Source of the DNA: a virus
Lineage: Duplodnaviria; Caudoviricetes
Direction: 5' to 3' (one strand)
Length of the DNA: 41,832 nucleotides
Virus record (IMG/VR): IMGVR_UViG_3300044878_000083
Coordinates: 1 to 41,832 of that record
Under the pieces are notes generated by a model, which worked only from the letters and a program-made list of their open reading frames with translations, was not told where the DNA came from and did no database searches. Shown here piece by piece: positions 24,714 through 32,822 of the stretch (position 1 is the stretch's first letter; every line of letters starts with the position of its first letter). The position numbers and the translations under genes were made by a program.

Positions 24714-25451
24714 ATGCACTACTTCAAACGGAATATTGGCGATTACCACAAGAAGGCAGGCCGGCTATCGATGCTTGAGCACGGTGCGTACACGCTTCTG
24801 ATGGATGCGTGCTATGACCGTGAGAAGTTCCCGACACTGGAAGAGGCTTTTGACTGGTGCTGGGCACGATCTGTTGACGAAATCGAGGCCGTGAAGTTCG
24901 TTTTGGACAAGTTCTTTTGCCTTGACGGTGGGCTGTACACACAGAAACGCATCGCTGATGAAATCGACGGATATCACCAAAAGTCTAAGACAAACAAGCA
25001 GATAGCACTTGATCGTGAAGCTGCAAAAAGAACGTTGCGTGAACGAACCGAGCACGAAACGTGCACGAATGAGCACCTAACCACTAACCAAGAACCACTA
25101 ACCACTAACCAAGAACCAGAAGATCAAAAGCATTGTGATCAGCAAGCTGAATCACCAGAGAAGGAGCGAATCCCATTTGAGAAAATCCGGATGGCTTACA
25201 ACGAGGTTTGCGTACCGGTTCTGTCGGAAGCCCTGAAACTTGATGACAAGCGCAAGCGCAATATCCGCAAATGCTGGGCCATGGAAGTTTCAGGCGAATA
25301 CCCGTTCAGGAGTGGCGAATTCTGGAGGCGCTACTTCACTGATTGCTTGAAAGATCCGCATTGGACTGGAAGCAATGACCGAGGCTGGAAAGCCGACATT
25401 GAATTTCTGACCCGCGAAACCACAGTTTTGAAAGTACTGGAGAGAGCATGA
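24714..25451 (+). CDS. Replication initiator (DUF1376/YdaU family)
   Basis: MHYFKRNIGDY...LEHGAYTLLMD N-terminus, GSNDRGWKADIEFL C-terminus, upstream of the helicase. Confidence 0.87.
   Translation: MHYFKRNIGDYHKKAGRLSMLEHGAYTLLMDACYDREKFPTLEEAFDWCWARSVDEIEAVKFVLDKFFCLDGGLYTQKRIADEIDGYHQKSKTNKQIALDREAAKRTLRERTEHETCTNEHLTTNQEPLTTNQEPEDQKHCDQQAESPEKERIPFEKIRMAYNEVCVPVLSEALKLDDKRKRNIRKCWAMEVSGEYPFRSGEFWRRYFTDCLKDPHWTGSNDRGWKADIEFLTRETTVLKVLERA
25038..25118 (+). repeat. Iteron-like repeats, probable replication origin
   Basis: Three 11-bp-period CG(T/A)G(C/A)ACGAA units, then an exact 21-bp tandem CTAACCACTAACCAAGAACCA (25077-25118). Confidence 0.65.
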
Positions 25452-26836
25452 ATTCAAGGGAGCTTTATTCGCCAGATGCAGAGCACGGCGTACTTGGTGC
25501 ACTGATGCACAAGCCGGATCTGTGTGAGGAAATTGGCGCATTTCTGAGTGCCGCCCATTTTGGCCATGACGACACGGCCATGCTGTACAACCTGATCCTG
25601 GCCACGCACGCCAAGGGAATCAAGCCAGATTCGATTACCCTGTCTGACGTGTGTGAGGTGCTGCCCAGCGGTGACCTGACGATTGTGGCCGCATCGACCA
25701 TCATGCGCGACGTCCCGAGCGTGGCCAACGCATCCTCCTACGCAAGAACCGTGTTGGAGCGCGCCACGGCTCGCCGCCTGTACGATATCGGCATGTCCAT
25801 CGCCTCGATGGCACAAACCCGCGGACCGATTGCTTCACAGATTGCCGAGGCCCAGCAGGCGCTGTTCGACATCAACGTGCAGGAAGATATCCCAGACGTC
25901 ATGCACTACCGCGACATGCTGGCTGGCGTGATCGATGAAATGGATATGCGCTTGAATGGTCAATTGGAGATCGGCCTTGAGTTCGGGTTGGCAGATCTGG
26001 ATGACATCATAAAAGGCCTGCGCCCGGGAAATCTGGTGATCGTGGCCGGCAAGCCTGGTACAGGTAAAACCGTCCTCGGCACAAACCTGGCCGACCGGAT
26101 ATCCAGCAAAGAAGGCAAGTCTTCGCTGATTTTCTCGCTGGAAATGCCAGGGGCTGAACTGGTAAAGCGTGCGCTGGCGGCAGCTGGTGGTGTAGACAAG
26201 GGCTGGATTGATACCGGCGGCAAGGATTCTGACCAGTATTGGCCTGCGCTTACGGCGGCGGTCGAGACGCTGAGGAATTCGGATGTGCGCATCTGCGACA
26301 AGGGATCGCTGACGTTCAGCCGGATTTGCAACATCGCTCGCTTCCAGCACCGTGCCAAGCCGCTGCACCTGATCGTTGTGGATTACCTGACGCTGATTCG
26401 TGCGGACAAGGAAGATCGCTTTGGCACTCGCAGCCAAGAGATCGGATCATTCACCCGTGGCTTTAAGGCGCTGGCCAAGGAACTGAATATCCCGATTGTG
26501 GTACTGGCCCAGCTCAATCGAGCCTCTGAATCGCGCTCGGCGGCAGAAGCCAAGCCGCGCATGTCGGACCTGCGCGACTCCGGCGAGATCGAACAGGACG
26601 CTGACATCATCATCCTCGGCCATCGTGCCGATGACGAGAAAGGCCGCAACGGAATCACGTCGTGGGAAGTGCCAAAGGTGCGTCATGCCAGCCCTGGCAG
26701 TTGCGTGTTGCAGTTCCAAGGTGCGTATCAGCGGTTTGTCTCGGCGGCTCCACAGGAGATGGTGGACTACCAAGAGCAAAAGCAAAACTCAGGCAGTTCG
26801 TGGAAATCCAGAAAATTCGCGCCTGGCTTCGATTGA
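25448..26836 (+). CDS. dnaB: DnaB-like replicative helicase
   Basis: AGKPGTGKT, FSLEM, VVDYL, LAQLNR and SDLRDSGEIEQDAD motifs. Confidence 0.95.
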   Translation: MNSRELYSPDAEHGVLGALMHKPDLCEEIGAFLSAAHFGHDDTAMLYNLILATHAKGIKPDSITLSDVCEVLPSGDLTIVAASTIMRDVPSVANASSYARTVLERATARRLYDIGMSIASMAQTRGPIASQIAEAQQALFDINVQEDIPDVMHYRDMLAGVIDEMDMRLNGQLEIGLEFGLADLDDIIKGLRPGNLVIVAGKPGTGKTVLGTNLADRISSKEGKSSLIFSLEMPGAELVKRALAAAGGVDKGWIDTGGKDSDQYWPALTAAVETLRNSDVRICDKGSLTFSRICNIARFQHRAKPLHLIVVDYLTLIRADKEDRFGTRSQEIGSFTRGFKALAKELNIPIVVLAQLNRASESRSAAEAKPRMSDLRDSGEIEQDADIIILGHRADDEKGRNGITSWEVPKVRHASPGSCVLQFQGAYQRFVSAAPQEMVDYQEQKQNSGSSWKSRKFAPGFD

Positions 26837-26947
26837 ATCTCTGAGCAAAGGCGTGCGCCTTCAAATTTGGGAGTGTTTAGCATGGATGGAAAGGCCGACG
26901 TAGCGGGTAAAGATTCACGCACTATCAGCAGCCTCACAGAGGCTCGG

Positions 26948-27052
26948 ATGAAACGGGAAAACATGATCGGCTTGCTCGCCTGGCTGATCGTGATGATTCT
27001 CGCAACCTTCGCGGGTTTCGCGCTTGGCTTCCTCAGCAAGCACTGGCCTTGA
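26948..27052 (+). CDS. Small membrane peptide (34 aa)
   Basis: GAGG RBS, single hydrophobic helix. Confidence 0.55.
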   Translation: MKRENMIGLLAWLIVMILATFAGFALGFLSKHWP

Positions 27053-27076
27053 TCACATTGGAATGGGGATTTTGAA

Positions 27077-27517
27077 ATGAAAACTGAAACAGCCGATTCG
27101 AAGTTCATCGCCGCCCTGGCAAATCATGAGCGCCTTTTGCAGCAAGTTGGCCTGATGAAAAAGCAGATCAGCGAAAGCTTGAACAAATGCCCGATCATGA
27201 TCAAGGCAATTGATTGGGATACTCCAGAAAGTGAGCGGCATGAGCTTCACGATTCAAAGGGCTTGATCAAAATCCATCTGTGGGGCGCATTCAATGAGCT
27301 CACCCAGGGCAGTTACGGAATGATCAGACTGGACAGTGATGACCAAGAAAACTACCTGACAGATCCATGGAATGACGAAACCCGCTGCGATCACTGCTAT
27401 GCGGCCTGGCGCGTGATTCAGGATCGCAAGGAGGTGCGTCAGGCTCTTGGCAGGGCTCGCCGTGCAATCCGTCAACTGGGTAAGACGGCTATAAGGCTGA
27501 CGGCTGAAAGTCAATAA
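27077..27517 (+). CDS. Hypothetical protein
   Basis: 146 aa, CDHC motif, AATGGGGA RBS. Confidence 0.75.
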   Translation: MKTETADSKFIAALANHERLLQQVGLMKKQISESLNKCPIMIKAIDWDTPESERHELHDSKGLIKIHLWGAFNELTQGSYGMIRLDSDDQENYLTDPWNDETRCDHCYAAWRVIQDRKEVRQALGRARRAIRQLGKTAIRLTAESQ

Positions 27518-27566
27518 ATGCTTGATGAAATAGACACATTTTCGATCTAGAAATGGGGATTTTTAT

Positions 27567-27905
27567 ATGAATTTGCACACGAAAGGGCCTTGGGATTACT
27601 GGTCCGGCTACAACGCCTACGACAAGATTGAGGCGCAAGTAACGGCTGAAGGTGGCGATATTGTGATTGCCAGCTACAACAATCTGATCGCTGAAGGCGA
27701 GGCCAATGCCAAGCTGATCGCCGCCGCGCCGGAGCTGCTTGAGGCGCTGGAGAAGGCGCTTTCTCGTATGGAAGAAGATGCTGTCAAGATTGAGGGCGAA
27801 TTCGGCTGTGGGCGTTCTCTTCAGGAACTTGAATCAAGCTACCAACTGCCTGATGAAATCATTGCAGCCCGCGATGCCATTGCCAAAGCCCGAGGCGAAT
27901 CATGA
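27567..27905 (+). CDS. Hypothetical phage protein
   Basis: HTKGPW...EANAKLIAAAPELLEAL motif widespread in phages, AATGGGGA RBS. Confidence 0.8.
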   Translation: MNLHTKGPWDYWSGYNAYDKIEAQVTAEGGDIVIASYNNLIAEGEANAKLIAAAPELLEALEKALSRMEEDAVKIEGEFGCGRSLQELESSYQLPDEIIAARDAIAKARGES

Positions 27906-28378
27906 GCAAGCGCAAGCCATGCAATCGCCGCGTGCAGGTCGACCGGGCGCTGCGCTCGCTGCTGAAGGCCAATCACGTCGCGGTGGTGTGCATCGAGACG
28001 ACAGAGCGCCAGGGACTGATCAACTGGAAGAACTGCAAGAGCATTGCGCCGTCGCAGAAGATTGCCGATGCGGTGTGTGACATTGCGCACCGTTGGACGA
28101 TCCTTGTGGGCGTTATGTGCCAGACGCCGGATGGCTCGCAATACCTGCGCAGTGAAGAGGCGTCACCGCAAGGTGTGTATCTGGCTGCGCACCTGAGCGA
28201 CGTGATCGCCAAGGTGCACGACGACTTCCTGGCCGGCGCCAATCCCAACCAGGTGGTGACATCGGGTTGGCTTGCGGTGCCGAACGATGTGACCATATCC
28301 GAAGCCCAGGCCGCGAAGGTGTTCGCCGCGGTCGGTGGGTGGCAAGCAAATCAATCAATGGGGAATCAGCATGTTTGA
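27902..28378 (+). CDS. Hypothetical phage protein
   Basis: 158 aa, ATGA-coupled. Confidence 0.75.
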   Translation: MSKRKPCNRRVQVDRALRSLLKANHVAVVCIETTERQGLINWKNCKSIAPSQKIADAVCDIAHRWTILVGVMCQTPDGSQYLRSEEASPQGVYLAAHLSDVIAKVHDDFLAGANPNQVVTSGWLAVPNDVTISEAQAAKVFAAVGGWQANQSMGNQHV

Positions 28379-28940
28379 ATTAGGAAGTGGGCCAGCGGTG
28401 ACGATGTATGTTCGGTGCAGCAAATGCCACTACGCGGAAAAGCATGTGGCGAACTCGCTCGGGCCATGGGCGTGCAAGGACTGCGGTTCGCACACCATCG
28501 ATCTGTCGTATGGCGTTGGCGTGCCTGAGTGGTGGACCGGTGAAGGTTCGCGGAAAAAGCCAGACATCGTGGTGACGGACGAGGACCTGAACAGCAAGTC
28601 GCTGCACAGTGAGAAGCAGCGCGTGGCTTCCCAGCAGTTGCTGGACTGTGCGCACTGCGGCTCATCGGCACGCTTCGAAACGTACAGTGGCGCGCCGGTG
28701 ATCTGGTGTGACGGCTGCCTGTCGATGATGGGCGGAGAGGAATACGACGGCACCTATCTGCAGCTGAAGACGGACTGGAATCGCCGGCCGCCGCTGGTAA
28801 TCGAGAACGCCACGTTCGGGCCGCTGAAGAAGGCCGCTCCAAAAGTGAACGAGCGTTTGTTGGTTGTTACTGCATTCCTTGTCATAGCCATCGCCATTGT
28901 GATGGTCGCCGCTTATCTCGCCGGGGAGCTGCTGAAGTGA
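28371..28940 (+). CDS. Zn-ribbon plus Lar-like domain plus C-terminal TM protein
   Basis: CSKC/CKDC, then CAHCG...CDGC...WNRR (Lar restriction-alleviation pattern), then a hydrophobic tail. Confidence 0.65.
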   Translation: MFELGSGPAVTMYVRCSKCHYAEKHVANSLGPWACKDCGSHTIDLSYGVGVPEWWTGEGSRKKPDIVVTDEDLNSKSLHSEKQRVASQQLLDCAHCGSSARFETYSGAPVIWCDGCLSMMGGEEYDGTYLQLKTDWNRRPPLVIENATFGPLKKAAPKVNERLLVVTAFLVIAIAIVMVAAYLAGELLK

Positions 28941-29272
28941 ACAAGCGCGGCACCATGATCGATCCTGAAGAAGATCGGCGATTCATCCCGTTCACGCCTG
29001 AACAATTGCAGGCGATGGGCGATCTGTACCGGGCCGGATGGTCGACCTACAGGCTGGCGCGGCGCTATGGCATCAGCCCCACCACGGTCACCAAGCGCCT
29101 GGTGGCGATGGGTGTCGAGATCCGCTCGATCGGCAACCGCAAGGTGACGCCTGAAGTCGCGGGCACGGCGCGAAGGATGCGCCGGGATGGCAGGCCGTGG
29201 CGCGAAGTGGAAAAGATCACCGGGGTTCACCAGCGTTCCATCATGCGGGCGTTGCGCACCGGCAAGGTTTGA
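28937..29272 (+). CDS. Tandem HTH DNA-binding protein
   Basis: GWSTYRLARRYGISPTTVTKRL and GRPWREVEKITGVHQRSIMRAL. Confidence 0.75.
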   Translation: MNKRGTMIDPEEDRRFIPFTPEQLQAMGDLYRAGWSTYRLARRYGISPTTVTKRLVAMGVEIRSIGNRKVTPEVAGTARRMRRDGRPWREVEKITGVHQRSIMRALRTGKV

Positions 29273-29286
29273 ACTTGGAGGAATGT

Positions 29287-29320
29287 AAAAGCCCAGCCGG
29301 ACCGCCGCGCTGGGCTTTTT
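29287..29320. terminator. Intrinsic terminator, potentially bidirectional
   Basis: AAAAGCCCAGC...GCTGGGCTTTTT. Confidence 0.8.
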
Positions 29321-29381
29321 CATGATCGGGCGCTAGGCTCATCGGCAAATCCGACAGCAGCACCAGGCAAGGAGAAATGAC

Positions 29382-30491
29382 ATGGCAGTTTTAAGGCAGG
29401 GCTCACCGTATCTGTTCGACGAAACAACTGGCGACATCGTCGGCGTGAAAATGCCCGATGGCGAAGATGTGCTGTTTGCCAACAAGGACGGCGCACGCGG
29501 CAATCCCGGCAAGCTCTACAACTTGATTTGCGGCACGTTTCGCAAGGATCTGGCGATTGGGCCGGTGTGGGCGGGGATCTTCGACAGCGCGCACAAGCCG
29601 TCACTGATGACTGAGCCGGAAGAGGTGTCCACCGAACTAAAGTTGAACTACAACACCGGTGACAACCTCGACATCGGCACCATGATCGTGGTGCCGGATG
29701 AGAACTTTGCTCGAGCGGGGTTCTCCTTTGGCGCCTCGACCAACAAGGATTTTGCCAATGTCAGCGGCGGCGGGCCTTGCGACTTCTTGGTGGACCTGAC
29801 CAACCCAGCGCTGGCCTCGCTTCCGATCACCAAGGACAGCCGTGCATTCGGGGATCAGCGCTTTTCTGCCAGTGTCGCTGCCTCGGGCTTAATCACCATA
29901 CAGCACCCGCAAGTACAGTCGAAGCAGTACCCGAACGTGCAGTTCAGGGCGCCGACAAGCGCGTATCCATACGTAGTGCCTCACTACATGAACCTTGCTG
30001 CACCTGGTCAAACCACTCTGTTCCTGGTCGCGCGGCTGGCTGGCCGCACTAGCTGGAACGGATCTACATGGGGCACCGCGTTCTCTCAGTCCTCCCCGTT
30101 CAACGCCTTGGTTACTGCGAACACGTACAACCCAACCACAGGCGAGCTAACAATCACCCACCCTACCTGCACAGACAACAGCATTCCTGCCTTGACGGAT
30201 TACACCGTATCCGGAACTGCTGACTCGTACCACGTAACCTTGGTAGGCAGCAACAGCACCACGTTCATAGTGCGATTCCGCAAGATGTCAGATGATTCCA
30301 TTCCGGCCGCCATCCCCACCGGCGTGGGATTCACCTTTGATCGGGGCCAGTCTGCCATCCTGCCGAGGGACTGCTTGGCTGGCGCTATCAGTGTGGATCT
30401 GTCGGAAGTGCAGGTGGACATGCGCGACGTCAACTGGCCGAACGCGAACATTTGGGTGATGGGCATGATGGGCAAAGCCAAGACCACGTAA
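29382..30491 (+). CDS. Beta-rich protein, probable second fiber/receptor-binding protein
   Basis: 369 aa, AAGGAG RBS, Thr/Ser/Gly-rich, convergent with the tailspike. Function inferred. Confidence 0.6.
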   Translation: MAVLRQGSPYLFDETTGDIVGVKMPDGEDVLFANKDGARGNPGKLYNLICGTFRKDLAIGPVWAGIFDSAHKPSLMTEPEEVSTELKLNYNTGDNLDIGTMIVVPDENFARAGFSFGASTNKDFANVSGGGPCDFLVDLTNPALASLPITKDSRAFGDQRFSASVAASGLITIQHPQVQSKQYPNVQFRAPTSAYPYVVPHYMNLAAPGQTTLFLVARLAGRTSWNGSTWGTAFSQSSPFNALVTANTYNPTTGELTITHPTCTDNSIPALTDYTVSGTADSYHVTLVGSNSTTFIVRFRKMSDDSIPAAIPTGVGFTFDRGQSAILPRDCLAGAISVDLSEVQVDMRDVNWPNANIWVMGMMGKAKTT

Positions 30492-30505
30492 CGTGGACAG
30501 AAATG

Positions 30506-30533
30506 AAAAAGGCCGGCGCAATGCCGGCCTTTC
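30506..30533. terminator. Bidirectional terminator between convergent genes
   Basis: AAAAAGGCCGGC-GCAAT-GCCGGCCTTT. Confidence 0.85.
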
Positions 30534-30548
30534 TGTGTAGCTCGAGCG

Positions 30549-32810
30549 TCAGCCCAGGTAGTCGTTGGGGGTGACGTCCACCTGGCAATCGATCATGTTC
30601 AGCGGGCCTGACGCGGCGTTGTGGCGAATGCGAAGCTGCCAGTAGGTGCCTGGGGCACCTTCAACCTTAAACACGGTCTTGATCCGATCCGCGTCCGGGT
30701 TGATGCCTTTCAGTTCGCCTTCGCCGTCGACATAGGTGCCGCCCGAGTCCACCAGATCCACGATGATCGTCTTGGCCGCGCCGTCCACCGCCATTATCAC
30801 GGATACCGTGATGGTCATCTTCGCGCAGCCATTCGGCATGACGAATCGCGTCGGGTTGGCAATCGCGAAGGCGCCGACGTTGTCGCTGACGACGGTGGTA
30901 AACGACACCAGATTGACCTGAAGCGCGTTGGTGATCGACTGGTTTTGCTTGCGCACTTTGGTCGATCGGCCGCGCAGGGTGTACGGCTGGAGCGATGCAG
31001 GAATGATCGGGCGCAGTGGGGTGTAGGCGTTGAGGTCGTGGTTGACGTCGTCGATGAGCACTTTGAAGTACTCGTAGGCCTTCTTGCCGCTGGCCGCTTC
31101 AAAGGCCGCCATGTAGGCCGGGATGTTCAGCGACGACAGGTTGGCAATGACCGGGCTCGACAGTGGGCCGGTGCAGTCGCGCATCACAAAGCGGTTCGGG
31201 ATCTGGTTCTGGATGCCCATCACGCACGAATCAGCCGCGCCATCAGGGCCAGCAAACAGGAAGCACTCATAGAACGCGACTTCCTGGCTGTTCCATGGGA
31301 ACTGCGTGTTGGGTGCGCCCAGCTGGTCGACGATGCGCATGCCGCCATTCTCACCGCCGAAGCGGGTGCGGGTAGCCACGAAGCTGCCGTAGTTGTCCGC
31401 CCAGCGCACGCCGGCCACGCGGTCCACGCCGAGCTGCCCAACGTTCGGGATCAGCATGCAATCCTTCAGGTGAATGCGCGTCAGGCAGTTCGGGTCTGTA
31501 GCAGAAATGCCCTTGTTGATGATCTGCGCCGTGGATGGGTTGATGTTGCCCTTGTCGGCGCCGATCCAGCTGTTGCTGACGGTCATGTTGTCGCAAGCGT
31601 TGATGATCGCCTGCTTGCACGCCAGGATGCGCACCTTGTGCACGTTGAATTCGCACGACAGGTGGGACCATGGGTTGCCCAGGCCGTCCGTGCCGGTGGC
31701 GAACGTGTTGAAGGCGGCGCCATCCATCAGCTGGATGTCGCAGTTGCGGATCTCGACCATGGCCGAGTTGATGTTGTCGTTGTGGAAGCTGAAGCCGTGG
31801 CGTCCGCCGGCCAGGTTGAAGCCTTCGATGTCCCACAGGTAGGCAACGCCGGTGAAGATGTCTTTCGTCACGCCACCGGTTTGGGTGACCAGTACTTCTT
31901 CGCCGAACAGTTTGACGTATGCCGGCAGTGCCAGGCTGTCGCTCAGTCGAAGGTCGGCGCTTTCGACGATGCAGCGTGGCGTGGTGCCGCTGTAGCTGGA
32001 TTGCAGGCCGCCGATGGTTATCAGGCGGCTGGTGGTCTTGTTCGGGATGTCGGCCAGCATGTTGTTGAACTGGATCTGGTCGTCCAGGCCGCCAGCAACG
32101 TAGTTGGCCAGGCGCACTTCCTTCTGATGAACCTTGTACAGATCACGCCTGACGGTGTTCACGCCGGGCTGCTTGATGCCGATCAGTCCTGCACCGGCAT
32201 CGCCGCTCATGTTCTGCACGACTTTCGTCACGCCGTAGGGATCGATGTACAGCACGTTGCTCGCAAGATTCATTGGCCCGGTACCGGCGCCAATCAGGCC
32301 GCCAACGTATTGCTGCATGAACGCGATGGTTACGGCGTCCTGCAACGCCACCGGGTCTTTGACGTTGGAAATGATGCGGTTCTGCGCGTCGTAGTAGTCC
32401 TTGCCGACTGGGCGCAACAGGGCGCGGCTGAGCTGGGCCGCGTCCTGCTGAATCAGCATCGTCAGGCGGTCGAAAACGTCTTCGTGCACTTCAGGGAAAA
32501 ACTTGCCCTGGTTGACGATGTCGGTCAGCTGCTCGATGTCCATCACCCGTTCAACGTACAAATCCTTGCCGGTGGGCATGGGCACGGTGGTGGTGATCTT
32601 GCCCGGGGCCACGCCGAACTGCTCCGGCAGGCCGGCACCGGTCAGCGTGTAGTCGGTGCCCAGTACTAGCAGCGTCGTTACCTGCGTGATTGGGTCAACG
32701 CGGTACACAAAGATGTCCGAATTGCTGAAGAAGCGGAATGGCAAATCCCAAACGGTGGTGACCCCGTTGCCGTGGAACGTCTCGTTGCTGGTTTGGCTGC
32801 TAACCGTCAT
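30549..32810 (-). CDS. Tailspike/tail fiber, probable depolymerase
   Basis: T7-type N-terminal anchor (GNGVTTVWDLPFRFF...FFPEVHEDVFDRLTM) followed by a beta-helix-like region. Confidence 0.85.
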   Translation of the reverse strand: MTVSSQTSNETFHGNGVTTVWDLPFRFFSNSDIFVYRVDPITQVTTLLVLGTDYTLTGAGLPEQFGVAPGKITTTVPMPTGKDLYVERVMDIEQLTDIVNQGKFFPEVHEDVFDRLTMLIQQDAAQLSRALLRPVGKDYYDAQNRIISNVKDPVALQDAVTIAFMQQYVGGLIGAGTGPMNLASNVLYIDPYGVTKVVQNMSGDAGAGLIGIKQPGVNTVRRDLYKVHQKEVRLANYVAGGLDDQIQFNNMLADIPNKTTSRLITIGGLQSSYSGTTPRCIVESADLRLSDSLALPAYVKLFGEEVLVTQTGGVTKDIFTGVAYLWDIEGFNLAGGRHGFSFHNDNINSAMVEIRNCDIQLMDGAAFNTFATGTDGLGNPWSHLSCEFNVHKVRILACKQAIINACDNMTVSNSWIGADKGNINPSTAQIINKGISATDPNCLTRIHLKDCMLIPNVGQLGVDRVAGVRWADNYGSFVATRTRFGGENGGMRIVDQLGAPNTQFPWNSQEVAFYECFLFAGPDGAADSCVMGIQNQIPNRFVMRDCTGPLSSPVIANLSSLNIPAYMAAFEAASGKKAYEYFKVLIDDVNHDLNAYTPLRPIIPASLQPYTLRGRSTKVRKQNQSITNALQVNLVSFTTVVSDNVGAFAIANPTRFVMPNGCAKMTITVSVIMAVDGAAKTIIVDLVDSGGTYVDGEGELKGINPDADRIKTVFKVEGAPGTYWQLRIRHNAASGPLNMIDCQVDVTPNDYLG

Positions 32811-32822
32811 GGTTATTTCCCC

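Noticed and set aside
27063-27080. Five-codon mini-ORFs starting at the ATG within AATGGGG (also at 27553 and 17948)
   Set aside because: They have no clear SD of their own, and at other motif copies the frame differs. They are probably a by-product of spacing.
30549-32810. BPP-1-type diversity-generating retroelement
   Set aside because: No reverse transcriptase, Avd gene or TR/VR repeat pair is visible despite the BPP-1-like virion genes.
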